From an uncultured Nitrososphaerota archaeon (GTDB lineage: Archaea > Thermoproteota > Nitrososphaeria > Nitrososphaerales > Gagatemarchaeaceae): a stretch of 64,000 nt of DNA. Location of the stretch: contig OY969807.1 in NCBI GenBank assembly GCA_963703285.1, positions 1,920,001 to 1,984,000 of the forward strand, in the 5' to 3' direction. Positions 9,141-19,281 of this stretch are shown piece by piece (the first letter of the stretch is position 1; every line of letters begins with the position of its first letter). Made by a program: the position numbers and the translations under genes. The notes beneath the pieces are model-generated. The model did no database searches, was not told the DNA's origin, and saw only the letters and a program-made list of their open reading frames with translations.

Positions 9141-9981
9141 CCTTGCTGACCTTGCTCGGGACGGTGTTGGTCCCTATTATCTCGTCCACGCCCGCCTCCA
9201 TGAGCCTTTCGTAGGCGTCGCCGACGAGCAGCGGGTGGACGCACCCCACGACCACCTTGGATGCCTGGGCCCTCCTGAGTATCCCGGCGGCTGCGAGTAT
9301 GGTCCCGCCCGTCGAGATCGTATCGTCGATCACGATGGCGTCCCTCCCCCTGACCTTCAACTCACCCGCGTCCATCTTCACGCTACCCGTGACACGGTCC
9401 CTCTCCTTGGCGAACTGCATATGCTCGGCCCCGTAGAGCGTCGCGAAGGCCTCCGTCCGTTTCGATGACCCAAAGTCCGGAGATATCACGACGGGGTCGG
9501 AGAGCTTCAGGTTCTTCTTGATGTACTGCGCGAGGCTCGGAATCGCCGAGACGCTGTAGGTTGGCATCGCAAATAGGGCGAGCCCCTCCGCCGAGTGGAT
9601 GTCGACGGTCGTGACGCGCATGACCCCGCAGGACCGGAGGAGGTGCGAGATGACCCCCAGGCTCACGACCTCTCCCGGCATGAACTGCTTGTCCTGCCGG
9701 GCGTATCCCATGTAGGGGATCACGGCGTGGACCTTGGCGCCCTCCTGCGTAAGGTGGTGCGCCGCCAGGAAGAGCTGCATGTAGTTCCTGTCCACGGGTG
9801 GATACGTCGACTGGACGAGCAGGACCGTCGTCCCCCTGACCTCTTCTTCGAACTTGAACCTCGTCTCGGTGTCGGAGAACTGCTTGACGGTAACGGAGAG
9901 GAGGGGTAAGCTCAGGCGTCTCGCGAGGGCGTTGCCGAATTCCTCGCTGGCCGGTCCTGAGAAGACGAGCCTGTCGGTCAA
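9091..9981 (-). CDS. prs: Ribose-phosphate pyrophosphokinase
   Basis: PYMGYARQDK, DIHS, SPDFG, IDDTISTGGT. Confidence 0.95.
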   Translation of the reverse strand: MTDRLVFSGPASEEFGNALARRLSLPLLSVTVKQFSDTETRFKFEEEVRGTTVLLVQSTYPPVDRNYMQLFLAAHHLTQEGAKVHAVIPYMGYARQDKQFMPGEVVSLGVISHLLRSCGVMRVTTVDIHSAEGLALFAMPTYSVSAIPSLAQYIKKNLKLSDPVVISPDFGSSKRTEAFATLYGAEHMQFAKERDRVTGSVKMDAGELKVRGRDAIVIDDTISTGGTILAAAGILRRAQASKVVVGCVHPLLVGDAYERLMEAGVDEIIGTNTVPSKVSKVDATEPLAAYLRTVAE

Positions 9982-10069
9982 CTCGCAAACGAGCTTCTTT
10001 CATAGCTTATTTAACGAATTGTCCCCCGCCGACCAGAACGGTTAGCCAAAAACACCAAAGACTTAATGT

Positions 10070-10318
10070 ATGGGAAGTTCGACGTTGTCATTGAGCGGCT
10101 TGGATCAAATTTGTCCCGAGTGTGGTGGTCCGATTCTCTTTGACGCGGTCAACAAGCGATTCTCCTGCAAGAGCTGCGGCCTCTTCCTTACGAGGGAGCA
10201 GCTCTCCGACCTGAGGTTCAAGCTAAGGAACACCACCCCAGACGACATGCGGAAGAAGCAGAGGCAGCAGGCAGACTACCTCGACTGGTGGCTGAAGGAC
10301 AAGAAGGACAAGAAGTGA
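10070..10318 (+). CDS. Small zinc-ribbon protein
   Basis: CPECGG..CKSCG; YLDWWL tail. Confidence 0.75.
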   Translation: MGSSTLSLSGLDQICPECGGPILFDAVNKRFSCKSCGLFLTREQLSDLRFKLRNTTPDDMRKKQRQQADYLDWWLKDKKDKK

Positions 10319-10327
10319 CCGCGCCGC

Positions 10328-10777
10328 TCAGGCGCCCTTACTATCCTTCATGAGATCTGCGTACTTGCGCGCCACCAGCTTCGTGTTCGCGGTCGCGTCC
10401 AGCTTCTCGACCGCGGGGGGGTCGAACCAGGCGAACTCGTAGGACTCGTCGTTCAGGATTACCCTCTCACCAAGAGGCTTCATGAGGTAGTCGATCAGGA
10501 CGAAGTGGAACCTCACCCTTCCCTCCTCGTCCCTGACCACCTCGTTGGCGACCTGCAGCAGCCGCTCGACCTCCACGTCCAGCCCCAGCTCCTCCTTCAC
10601 CTCGCGCATCGCTCCTTCCTGAGGGTCTTCCCCGACCTCGAGTCTCCCTCCGGGCGGTGCCCACTTCCCGCTGTTCGGCTCGAACCTCCTTCTGATGAGG
10701 AGGACCTTGCCGTCCCTGTGGATGAATCCGCCCACCCCCACCATGGGGTGCTCGGGGTACTCCCTCCCGCTCCGCAA
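10328..10777 (-). CDS. Nudix hydrolase (ADP-ribose pyrophosphatase-like)
   Basis: REYPEHP; Nudix box GGRLEVGE..AMREVKEELG. Confidence 0.9.
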   Translation of the reverse strand: MRSGREYPEHPMVGVGGFIHRDGKVLLIRRRFEPNSGKWAPPGGRLEVGEDPQEGAMREVKEELGLDVEVERLLQVANEVVRDEEGRVRFHFVLIDYLMKPLGERVILNDESYEFAWFDPPAVEKLDATANTKLVARKYADLMKDSKGA

Positions 10778-10821
10778 TTCGTGCTCACGCTGTCGAAGAA
10801 CGTATTTACGTTTCGTCCTGG

Positions 10822-11667
10822 GTGCGAACCAGGATGGTCTCGGTTTCCAGCCTCTGCGTCGGGAAGGAGCTCCTCATAGGAAAGACGACGAACACAAACG
10901 CCACCTGGATTGGATCGAGGCTCTTCGGGATCGGGACGATGATCGACAGGATCCTGACCGTCACCGATTCGCTGGGGGAGATCTCCTCTGGCCTGCTTGA
11001 ACTCCTGGAGAGGAAGCCCGACTTTGTGATAGTGGTCGGCGGGCTCGGCCCGACTCCCGACGACATGACGCTGAAGGGGGTCGCGCGGGCCCTTGGCAAG
11101 AGGGTGAAGCCCAGCAGCGCGGCGCTCCAGCTCGTCAGGGAACACTACGTCAGGACCGGGAGGGGCGAGATGGAGATGACCCCGGCCCGCAGGAAGATGG
11201 CGACGCTCCCGGAGGGCAGCACCCCCCTGGTCAACGAGGCGGGGACGGCTCCCGGTGTGAGAATCGAGAGCGGTCGTACTGTCATCTTCTGCCTCCCCGG
11301 CGTCCCGCGCGAGATGAAGAACATCTACCTCCACTCCGTCCATCCCGAGATTCTACGGAAGACAGGGCGGCTCTTCACCTCGAAGGTGGTCATGCACGTC
11401 CAGGGCGTCTTCGAGTCGACCATCACGCCCGACATAGCGGAGGCCCTGAGGCAGCACCCCTCGGCCTACATCAAGTCTCACCCGAAGGGCCTCCTGGAGG
11501 GCAAGTCCCACGTCGAGCTCGACCTCGTCGTTGTCGGGCCTGACCGAGCGAAGTCGGAATCCGAGTGTACCGCCATAGCCCAGTACTTTGCGGAGCGAGT
11601 GGCCCGCGCCGGCGGTACGATCCTCCGACAGACGAGGACGAACCTGCATCCGCGCGCCAAGTTATAG
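10822..11667 (+). CDS. CinA-N/MoCF-domain protein
   Basis: GKELLIGKTTNTNA, GGLGPTPDDMT, GTAPG, LPGVPREM. Confidence 0.9.
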   Translation: MRTRMVSVSSLCVGKELLIGKTTNTNATWIGSRLFGIGTMIDRILTVTDSLGEISSGLLELLERKPDFVIVVGGLGPTPDDMTLKGVARALGKRVKPSSAALQLVREHYVRTGRGEMEMTPARRKMATLPEGSTPLVNEAGTAPGVRIESGRTVIFCLPGVPREMKNIYLHSVHPEILRKTGRLFTSKVVMHVQGVFESTITPDIAEALRQHPSAYIKSHPKGLLEGKSHVELDLVVVGPDRAKSESECTAIAQYFAERVARAGGTILRQTRTNLHPRAKL

Positions 11668-11691
11668 GAAGGGAGACCGTCAGGTGCTGCG

Positions 11692-12450
11692 ATGAACATC
11701 GTCTACGTCACCGGCACCGCGGGCTCGGGGAAGTCCCTCCTCACGTCCTCCATCGTGAGCTGGTACAGGGAGAAGTCCCAGGACGCGATTTCGGTAAACC
11801 TCGACCCCGGGGTCCTCGCGCTACCCTACGACCCCGATGTCGACATCAGGAACTACGTCGACATACAGCAGATAATGACGGACTACTCCCTCGGCCCGAA
11901 CGGCGCGCTGATATTCGCCAACGACCTCATCGCGAGCAAGCTGTCAGAGGTCCAGGAAGAGATCGACTCCACCACCGCCGACTTCGTGGTCGTCGACACC
12001 CCCGGACAGATAGAGCTCTTCGCCTTCCGGGAGAGCGGGCCCTTCATCGCCAAGGGCCTCCAGGCCGACTCGAAGGTGCTGCTTTTCCTGATGGACTCCC
12101 TCGTCGCGTCTTCCCCGACCAGCTTCCTGTCCCTGGTGCTCCTCTCGACCTCGGTCCAGCTGAGGATGGGGCTCCCCCAAATCCAAGTGCTCTCCAAGAC
12201 CGACCTTGCGGCGGAGATGGCCCGGGAGGTGGTCAGGTGGTCGAAGGACCCGGTCGCGTTCGAGGAGGCACTATCGAAGCTCAAGTCCGGGGACGACTAC
12301 TCCTTCTACACACAACTCTTTCGAGGTCTGAGGAAGTCTTCCCTCTCGCTCGGGCTCTTCCCCGTCTCCTCCTACACCAGGGACGGGTTCATCGGGCTGA
12401 TAGGCGAGTTCGCCCGGACGTTTGGGGGCGGCGAGGAGTACGAGGAGTGA
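11692..12450 (+). CDS. GPN-loop GTPase
   Basis: GTAGSGKS, NLDPG, LGPNGAL, DTPGQIELF. Confidence 0.93.
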   Translation: MNIVYVTGTAGSGKSLLTSSIVSWYREKSQDAISVNLDPGVLALPYDPDVDIRNYVDIQQIMTDYSLGPNGALIFANDLIASKLSEVQEEIDSTTADFVVVDTPGQIELFAFRESGPFIAKGLQADSKVLLFLMDSLVASSPTSFLSLVLLSTSVQLRMGLPQIQVLSKTDLAAEMAREVVRWSKDPVAFEEALSKLKSGDDYSFYTQLFRGLRKSSLSLGLFPVSSYTRDGFIGLIGEFARTFGGGEEYEE

Positions 12451-12642
12451 ACAGAAGTCGCATGCGATCGTCTCATCCCAGAGCTAGTCGTCCGCGCTCA
12501 GAGATTTTCATCCCCGATCAATGTCGGTGAAGCCTTCATGACGCAATGAGCTCTAGACGGGCACCAGCTCTCGGCAGACCCGCGAAAGCGTCACCCATCC
12601 TCTTCTGCTTCCTGGCGAAGAGTCTTCGCTCCGGTCAGTTCC

Positions 12643-13044
12643 TTACTTGTGGAGCTTCTTGGACGTCCACTGCCCCTTTTTCGCAGGTTCGATTCCCCAG
12701 CTCACCGAAACGCGAGGGGTGATGCGGATGTACTTCCCCTTTCCGAAGATTCCCTCGTGATCCACGACGTCGGCTGTCCCGAGGACCTTCAAGCCGCGCA
12801 CCTTCCACGGGTCCACAGATACCTGGTCGTCCACGACGAGGGAGACGCGCGCGTTCCCTCTTGCGATGTTCTTGTATCTCTGAGTCATGGGGAAGAAGGC
12901 CGGGTCATGGGTTCCTATGTAGAAGTGCTTACCGTCCCACTCGAAGCCCACGGGCGATACCTCGGGCTGACCCTTGGGAGACACCGAAGCGACCCTGGCG
13001 AGACGCTGCGTCTTCAGGTATTCAGTTTCGAGCTTGGATAACAC
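12643..13044 (-). CDS. PPOX-class F420-dependent oxidoreductase
   Basis: QRLARVASV..GQPEVSPVGF, RVSLVVDD. Confidence 0.8.
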   Translation of the reverse strand: MLSKLETEYLKTQRLARVASVSPKGQPEVSPVGFEWDGKHFYIGTHDPAFFPMTQRYKNIARGNARVSLVVDDQVSVDPWKVRGLKVLGTADVVDHEGIFGKGKYIRITPRVSVSWGIEPAKKGQWTSKKLHK

Positions 13045-13109
13045 GTCTTGGCAGAGCTCCAGCAGAGTTCTAAAGCATTTGACAGTGGAGAGAAGCTGAT
13101 GGCGCCCTG

Positions 13110-14549
13110 CTACGACATCGATTGCTCTAGGACGAGCTTGTTGGCCCTCTTGCCCATGACTTCCTGGGCGAAGAGCGAGACCACCAGCGTCACGGCGAAG
13201 CCGGCGACCGCGATGTAGTAGGCATACTGAAATGCCGCCGCCGTAGGAAGCGAGACGGTCTGGCCTCCGATGACGGCTGTGATCGCGAATGTTGACATGA
13301 GCGACCCCGCCACCGGGGCCCCTAGGCTCGAGCCGATGTTCCGGAAGACGGTGTTCAGAGACGTCGTGAGGCCCATCTCCCTCCTCCTGACCGAGAGGAC
13401 CAGGAGGTTCTGGCTAGCCACAAGAAGCATACCCAGCCCGGCCGACGCGATCACCAGATACACGGCTATCAGGTTCGACGAAGACGCCGAGGAGATGAGG
13501 AAGAACCCTAGCGCGCCCAGAACGCACCCGAGATACAGGAAGGGCTTCGTGCCGTACGTCGGCGTCAGTCGACCCACCGGGATTGCGACGACTAGTATGG
13601 CGACGGCCAGCGGGAGAAGATAGATACCGGTGGTCAGGATGTCGTAGCCGAATCCGGCCGGCTTCGGCAGCTCCAGCTTGAAGGTAATCGCCTGGAAGGC
13701 GATGAAGAGGGCCGCCCCGGATGCGACTCCGATGACGTTCGAGACCATGACGTTCCTCACGGCGAGGAGCTTGAGGTTGAGGATTGGTTCGAGAATCCCT
13801 CTCTCGTAGAAGACGAGAGGAATCAGGAGTATCGAGCCGCCGAAGACGAGGCCGAGCACAGAGGGCGACGTCCACCCCCAGGTCGACCCCTCGGAGAGGC
13901 CGAAGACGACCGCCCCGAGCGTCACGCCGAGCCAGACCGCCCCGACGTAGTCGAGCTTCGCGTTGGGGTTCGTGACGGAGGATTCCTTTACGGTGAAGAA
14001 GATCAGAGCCGTCAGGACCACGATGAAGGGGAGCGCAAGGTGGTAGTTCGCCTGCCAGCCGTAGGAGTTCGCGATGAGGGCGCCCAGCGGGAGACCAAAG
14101 GCGGCCCCGGCGCCGAACATCGCGCTGAGTATCCCCTGAGCCCGCGGGACCATCTCCCGGGGAAACTCCTCCCTCACCAGGCTGAAAGCGAGCGGGAAGA
14201 TTCCGAGCCCTATGCCCTGCACGGTCCTCGAGAGGAGGAGGACCGTGAAGTTCGAGGCGAATGACGTGACGGCGACCATGATGCAATAGATGACCAGGAC
14301 GTAGATCAGAATCCGTTTCTTTCCAAGTATGTCGCCCAACTTCCCTATGACGGGGTTCACCGCCGTCCCGAAGACGGTGTAGAGCGAGATCACGAGCGTC
14401 ACTTCAGCGATGCTCACGTTGTACTGGTCTGCTATCTTCGGAAGCGATGGGGTGAGCATTATGTCGACGAAGAGGACGAAAGCTGCCAGAAGTGCGAAAA
14501 GCACTATGACCCTGTTCGCGTACGACTGGTCGAAGGCGGGTTTTTCCAG
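13110..14549 (-). CDS. MFS transporter (14-TM DHA2-like); probable CTG start
   Basis: GKLGDILGKKR, RTVQGIG, about 14 TM helices. Confidence 0.9.
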   Translation of the reverse strand: MEKPAFDQSYANRVIVLFALLAAFVLFVDIMLTPSLPKIADQYNVSIAEVTLVISLYTVFGTAVNPVIGKLGDILGKKRILIYVLVIYCIMVAVTSFASNFTVLLLSRTVQGIGLGIFPLAFSLVREEFPREMVPRAQGILSAMFGAGAAFGLPLGALIANSYGWQANYHLALPFIVVLTALIFFTVKESSVTNPNAKLDYVGAVWLGVTLGAVVFGLSEGSTWGWTSPSVLGLVFGGSILLIPLVFYERGILEPILNLKLLAVRNVMVSNVIGVASGAALFIAFQAITFKLELPKPAGFGYDILTTGIYLLPLAVAILVVAIPVGRLTPTYGTKPFLYLGCVLGALGFFLISSASSSNLIAVYLVIASAGLGMLLVASQNLLVLSVRRREMGLTTSLNTVFRNIGSSLGAPVAGSLMSTFAITAVIGGQTVSLPTAAAFQYAYYIAVAGFAVTLVVSLFAQEVMGKRANKLVLEQSMS

Positions 14550-14558
14550 GGCCGAGAA

Positions 14559-14801
14559 TCACGCTCCCCCAGGGTGAACGGCCGGGTTCGAAGACAATCC
14601 GCGCGACCCGGAGAACGCGCCGATCATTATCAGTACGAGCCCGAAGGCGACGACCGCGATTCCAACGTAGATGTATGTTGGGTTACCGCTCATCAATGCG
14701 CTTCCTCCTATGATGTTGTCACCCTGGAGCGCGAAGACCGTCCCGATGAGGACGAGGAGAATCCCCAGGATTATCGATACTCGTCTGAGCGCCGACACCA
14801 T
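14559..14801 (-). CDS. Small two-TM membrane protein
   Basis: Two hydrophobic helices, QG..IIGGSALMSG loop. Confidence 0.7.
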   Translation of the reverse strand: MVSALRRVSIILGILLVLIGTVFALQGDNIIGGSALMSGNPTYIYVGIAVVAFGLVLIMIGAFSGSRGLSSNPAVHPGGA

Positions 14802-15068
14802 CTCGGGGCGGAGACTTGCTCAATAAAAGACTATCGGACGCCCAATACCCTCGCAGGATTGGAATGAACGTAAAGCGCTCCCTCTATTGTTGCGATTTTT
14901 CCGCATGCAACACCGATAAAACGAGATTTTTGCTCCTCTCGAGGGGTTTTGGGAGCGGAGAAGAGTATGAGCAGTGAACGAGAGCTCCGCGTCAAGGTTG
15001 CATTCCAAGGCGTCTGCGGAGTGGTAACCCGTTAAAGCAAGTGCTGAGGGGGGTCTACCGGGGGAGAG

Positions 15069-15389
15069 ATGTTAGAGATGACGATGTTGGTGGAACCGCC
15101 GAGGCCGACCGGGACGTCCTATTTCACATGCTCGGAGGGTCACAGGTTCAGTCTGCCGATAATCACGTGGGAGAGTACGATTTTCCTTCACTACTTCAAG
15201 TCTCAGCGCGAGAGATTCGCCTGCCCTGTCTGCTGGGGCGGCGGCCATAAGCTTCCTGGCTACGAGATCTTCACCAAGAAACCGAAGACCGTGACGCTCC
15301 TGCCCGAGAACACTCGGGTCGACTGGGTGCACCGCGGTCAGCACTACGATTGCGGCCTGTGCACCTACATCAGCCAGAGCCACGATTGA
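15069..15389 (+). CDS. Hypothetical Cys/His zinc-finger protein
   Basis: CSEGH, CPVC, CGLC; GGAG-like site upstream. Confidence 0.55.
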   Translation: MLEMTMLVEPPRPTGTSYFTCSEGHRFSLPIITWESTIFLHYFKSQRERFACPVCWGGGHKLPGYEIFTKKPKTVTLLPENTRVDWVHRGQHYDCGLCTYISQSHD

Positions 15390-15463
15390 ATCTCAAGTCC
15401 TAGCTGAGATTGTGCTGGTTCAGTGCCAGGGTCCTAGGGAGCAGAAAGCTCGGAGGACGGCCA

Positions 15464-15727
15464 CTACCTCGTCTCCCTAGTGTACGTCAGCCCCTCGACC
15501 TGCACGCGGTAGCCCTCTATCTTCGTGATCCTGTTCGCTATGTTCGGCTGCGCCCAGAAGTTCACGGGGTCCATGTAGTCCATGTCCCACTCGACGATGT
15601 TGCCGCACCTGCACCTGTAGCCATAGAGCTTCTCGCCCACACGCCTCGCCTTGAACATCGAGACGGCGAAGAGAGTCAGGCACCTGGGGCACTCGAGGAG
15701 GACGCTGTTCATGTGATTGTCACACAC
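15464..15727 (-). CDS. Hypothetical zinc-ribbon protein
   Basis: CPRC...CRCG; GC3-biased codons. Confidence 0.55.
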   Translation of the reverse strand: MCDNHMNSVLLECPRCLTLFAVSMFKARRVGEKLYGYRCRCGNIVEWDMDYMDPVNFWAQPNIANRITKIEGYRVQVEGLTYTRETR

Positions 15728-16109
15728 TCTGCCAGCGCCTGGGCGGCAGGACCAGCATCGCGGTCGTGCTGTCTCGGTGCATCGCGCAGTCTTCGGGTCT
15801 AGATCTGGAGATGTAATCGCTCTTGGAGTCGGTCAAGGAATTGCGCCGCGCCGCGGTAAGCTATAATCGCGGAGCGGAATGGAGGCATTTTAGCCGGGAG
15901 AGAGTTGGATGAAAGTAATCTGTGGAATCGACAAGTCTTCAGATTGAGAACCATGTGATTCTCGAGCCCGCAGGGCAGCCGCAGGGATAGCTGCGAGGAA
16001 CACGTTACGTGCTGCGAAATTATAGTTGAGCCCTGGGACGATGATAACAGAAGCGCAGCTAAAACTGCGAGCCTAACACTTAAGAATGTCCCAGCGCACA
16101 CCATCGCTG

Positions 16110-17156
16110 TTGACTTTCCGATTCAGCGGCTGTTACACCGCGACGATTACCCCCTTCGACTCGGGGCGGTCCGTCGACTGGCGCGGCCTCAAGACCCTTG
16201 TCGAATTCCAGAAGTCCCAGGGCATCACCGGGATCGTCCCGGCCGGTACGACGGGGGAGAGCCCGACCCTCACGTGGGAGGAGCACAACAGGGTCATCGA
16301 GACCGTCTTCGACGCTGCGGGGCCGAACTTCGAGACCATCGCGGGCACCGGCTCCAACAGCACCGACGAGGCCCTGGAGGCGACGCGGCACATCGCCCAC
16401 TGGGGCATCAAGACCGCCCTCCTCGTTGATCCGTACTACAACGGCCCGAGCTCGCTCGAGATCAGGCGCGAGTACTACGAACCCATAGCGGAGGCCTTCC
16501 CCGACGTCCAGCTCATCCCCTACATCATCCCCGGGAGGACCGGAGCGCAGCTACTGCCTCAGGACCTCGGGATACTCTCGGCCAACTACCACAACATCAG
16601 CGCCGTGAAGGAGGCCACCGGGAACTTCGACAACGCGAGGCTGACCAGGAACTACTGCGGTCCCGAGTTCTCGATAATCTCGGGCGACGACGACAGGACA
16701 CTCTCCCTGATGAGCGACCAGGCGATAGCCTGTTCCGGCGTTATCTCCGTCGTCTCGAACATCGCACCCAAGGCGGTCCAGGGCATGGTGCAGGCCGCAC
16801 TCAGGAGTGACTGGAACGAGGCCCAGAGGCTCGCCACCGTCCTCCAGCCCCTCTTCGGCCTAGTCACTGTGAAGACCGAGGAGTCCACGAAGTACGGCCC
16901 GGTCACCGTCAAAGCCAGGAACCCCCTCCCCGTGAAGACGATGATGCAGGTCCTCGGCATGACGAGCGGGCCCTGCAGGAGCCCCCTGGGGCGCGCGACG
17001 AAGGGAGCCCTGGACATCATGCTCCGTTCGCTGAGGGCCGTCTGGGCCTCGAACCCGGAGGTGCTCGAACCCATCGAGGGGTTCTTCGACGTCTCACTGG
17101 GCGACCGCCTTCAGATGCCCCAGTACTGGGAGAGCCTGACCTATGCCGGATACTAA
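16110..17156 (+). CDS. dapA: 4-hydroxy-tetrahydrodipicolinate synthase
   Basis: GTTGESPTL, GTGSNST, PYYN, YIIPGRTG, VKEA, SGDD; TTG start about 25 nt after TTAAG (ATG 16086 is an alternative). Confidence 0.92.
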   Translation: MTFRFSGCYTATITPFDSGRSVDWRGLKTLVEFQKSQGITGIVPAGTTGESPTLTWEEHNRVIETVFDAAGPNFETIAGTGSNSTDEALEATRHIAHWGIKTALLVDPYYNGPSSLEIRREYYEPIAEAFPDVQLIPYIIPGRTGAQLLPQDLGILSANYHNISAVKEATGNFDNARLTRNYCGPEFSIISGDDDRTLSLMSDQAIACSGVISVVSNIAPKAVQGMVQAALRSDWNEAQRLATVLQPLFGLVTVKTEESTKYGPVTVKARNPLPVKTMMQVLGMTSGPCRSPLGRATKGALDIMLRSLRAVWASNPEVLEPIEGFFDVSLGDRLQMPQYWESLTYAGY

Positions 17157-17955
17157 CCCCCTCAGGCTCTGCGTCATCGGGGCGACCGGGCGCATGGGGA
17201 GCACGATCGTGAGGGAAGCTCCCGCGAGTCGGTTCAAGATCACCGGCGCAGTCGCAGCGGAGGGCGAACCAGCGGTAGGCAAGACCCTGAGGGAGCTCGG
17301 CATCGCCGACATCGACCTCAGGGTGGTCGGTCCCACCTCTCTCAGCGAGACCCTCAGGTCGGCCGACGTCTGCCTCTCTTTCACGAGCCCTGCTGCGGAG
17401 GTCTCGAACATCCTGATGGTGGTCGCCTCGGTCAGACCCTTGATTCTCGGCACGACGGGCTTCTCCGAGTCCCAGCAGGGATACGTACTCGACGCGCTGC
17501 GAGGGGAGATCCCGTGCGTCATGTCGTCGAACTTCTCCATAGGCGCGAACGTCCTCTTCGCGATGGCATCCAGCCTGAAGAACCTCCCCCCAGACTTCGA
17601 CGTCAGCGTCCTCGAGATGCATCACTCCGGCAAGGCCGACGCCCCCAGCGGGACCGCGAAGACCATTGCAGAACTGGTGTCGAAGGCGAGGGGCTACTCC
17701 ACCACGGTCCACGGGAGGTCCGGCCTCTCCAAGCGCGCGAAGGGCGAGCTGGAGGTCGCCTCATTCAGGGGCGGCGGGATGCCGGGCGAGCACGCGATAT
17801 ACGCGTTCGGGCCCAACGAGATGCTGAAGTTCGAGCACCTGGCCTTCTCGAGGTCGGCCTTCGCGCAGGGAGCGCTCCTCGCCGCGAGCTGGATAACCCA
17901 GAAGCGGGAGCCGAGGGTCTACAGCATGATGGACGTCCTCGGTTTCACTGCCTGA
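17143..17955 (+). CDS. dapB: 4-hydroxy-tetrahydrodipicolinate reductase
   Basis: GATGRMG, GTTG, NFSIG, EMHHSGKADAPSGTA, FAQGA. Confidence 0.95.
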   Translation: MPDTNPLRLCVIGATGRMGSTIVREAPASRFKITGAVAAEGEPAVGKTLRELGIADIDLRVVGPTSLSETLRSADVCLSFTSPAAEVSNILMVVASVRPLILGTTGFSESQQGYVLDALRGEIPCVMSSNFSIGANVLFAMASSLKNLPPDFDVSVLEMHHSGKADAPSGTAKTIAELVSKARGYSTTVHGRSGLSKRAKGELEVASFRGGGMPGEHAIYAFGPNEMLKFEHLAFSRSAFAQGALLAASWITQKREPRVYSMMDVLGFTA

Positions 17956-17958
17956 AAC

Positions 17959-19137
17959 TTAGTTTTCGTAGAGAGCTTCGTGCGTCTCCGGCCTCCCGTC
18001 CGTCATCAGCCTGTATCCTGTCTCCGTGACGAGCAGCGTCTCGCCAATCCTGCTGCCGCCCGTCTTCAGGTCGTCATAGAGAGTGATGGCCGGCTCGATG
18101 GCGAGGACGTGACCGGGCTTGAGCCTCTGTGACGGCGCCCTCCTCCCGGGTTCTGGAGAGAAGGGGGGTTCGTACACGTTCATGCCCACTCCGTGGAGTA
18201 TGGGCTGTATCCTGCTGAACGAGTAGTCCGCGTACCCTCTCTCTGTTATCACCCTCTCGGCAGCCTCGTGGACCTCCAGGGTGGTGGCGCCCGGCTTCGT
18301 GGCCCTCAGCGCGGCCCTGAACGAGTCGTAGGTCGCAGAGTAGATGTCCCGCTGGCGCTGGCTTGGCTTGCCGATGACCGTCGTGGTCGTGATGTCCGTG
18401 TTGTATCCCTTGAAAATCGTGGCGTATCCCAGGATCAGCAGCTCTCCCGACCGCACTATCTTGTCTGAGTCGTGCCTCAGCATCAGGCCCGTGTTCAGCC
18501 CGGAGAACGTGGCGAGACTCCATGACATGCCCTCGGCTCCCATCCTCCGAGCGGCATACTCACCCTCGGCCGCTATCTCGTATTCCCTCACCCCGGGCCT
18601 GGCAAAGGCGAGAGCTGCCCTTATCGAGGCCCCTGTCGCCTTCGCCGCCTCTCGCATCAGCGCCACCTCCTCCTCGAGCTTGACGGCCCGCTCCTCGGCA
18701 ACATCGCCCCCGACGTTGAGCAGTTCGACGCCCTTCGAGGCGGTCTCCAGCGCCCGTCGCTCCTCGAAGCCGAGCTGGTCGTAGCCCACCCTCTTGCACC
18801 CGTAGTCGCGGAAGACCGCCGAGACCTCTTCAGCCCTGCCGAGCGTGTGCATGATTCGCATGTCGTTGATCCAGGTCAGGTAGTGCTTCGAGTGCATGTA
18901 GTCCCCGGCGACGGTGAGGAGGACCACGTCTCCGGCCACCGTCACGACCGAGGAGTAGCTGTTCTGGAACCACATGCTCACGACGGGGCGGAGGTCCGTC
19001 GAGTACCGCACGTTCTCGATCCTGTTGAGGTAGAGCGCGTCAAGACCCTCCCTCTTCATGAGTCCGACGAGCTTCTTGAGCTTCTTCCTCCTGAAGGAGT
19101 CCCAGTCGATCTTGTTCGAGGCCCTGCTTCTCTGCAC
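17959..19137 (-). CDS. M24 (Xaa-Pro peptidase/creatinase) fold protein
   Basis: GYNTDITTT, HGVG, AIEP; some metal ligands altered. Confidence 0.85.
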   Translation of the reverse strand: MQRSRASNKIDWDSFRRKKLKKLVGLMKREGLDALYLNRIENVRYSTDLRPVVSMWFQNSYSSVVTVAGDVVLLTVAGDYMHSKHYLTWINDMRIMHTLGRAEEVSAVFRDYGCKRVGYDQLGFEERRALETASKGVELLNVGGDVAEERAVKLEEEVALMREAAKATGASIRAALAFARPGVREYEIAAEGEYAARRMGAEGMSWSLATFSGLNTGLMLRHDSDKIVRSGELLILGYATIFKGYNTDITTTTVIGKPSQRQRDIYSATYDSFRAALRATKPGATTLEVHEAAERVITERGYADYSFSRIQPILHGVGMNVYEPPFSPEPGRRAPSQRLKPGHVLAIEPAITLYDDLKTGGSRIGETLLVTETGYRLMTDGRPETHEALYEN

Positions 19138-19281
19138 GACGAATACGCAGGCCTGGGGAGTTTTTTAACCCTTAGCGACACGCACGGCGCAGGTTTCAGG
19201 GAATTCAGCTTCTGACCCAGAACTTTTCTCCTGAACCCTTTAGAATATGGAATTTTCTTCCCGCTCAGAGATACCCTAGAC

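Noticed and set aside
14967-15035. 22-aa ORF MSSERELRVKVAFQGVCGVVTR
   Set aside because: Too short, with no supporting context
15790-16085. Possible lysine riboswitch or ncRNA upstream of dapA
   Set aside because: No recognisable L-box consensus, and a TATA-like box right before the start implies a leaderless mRNA
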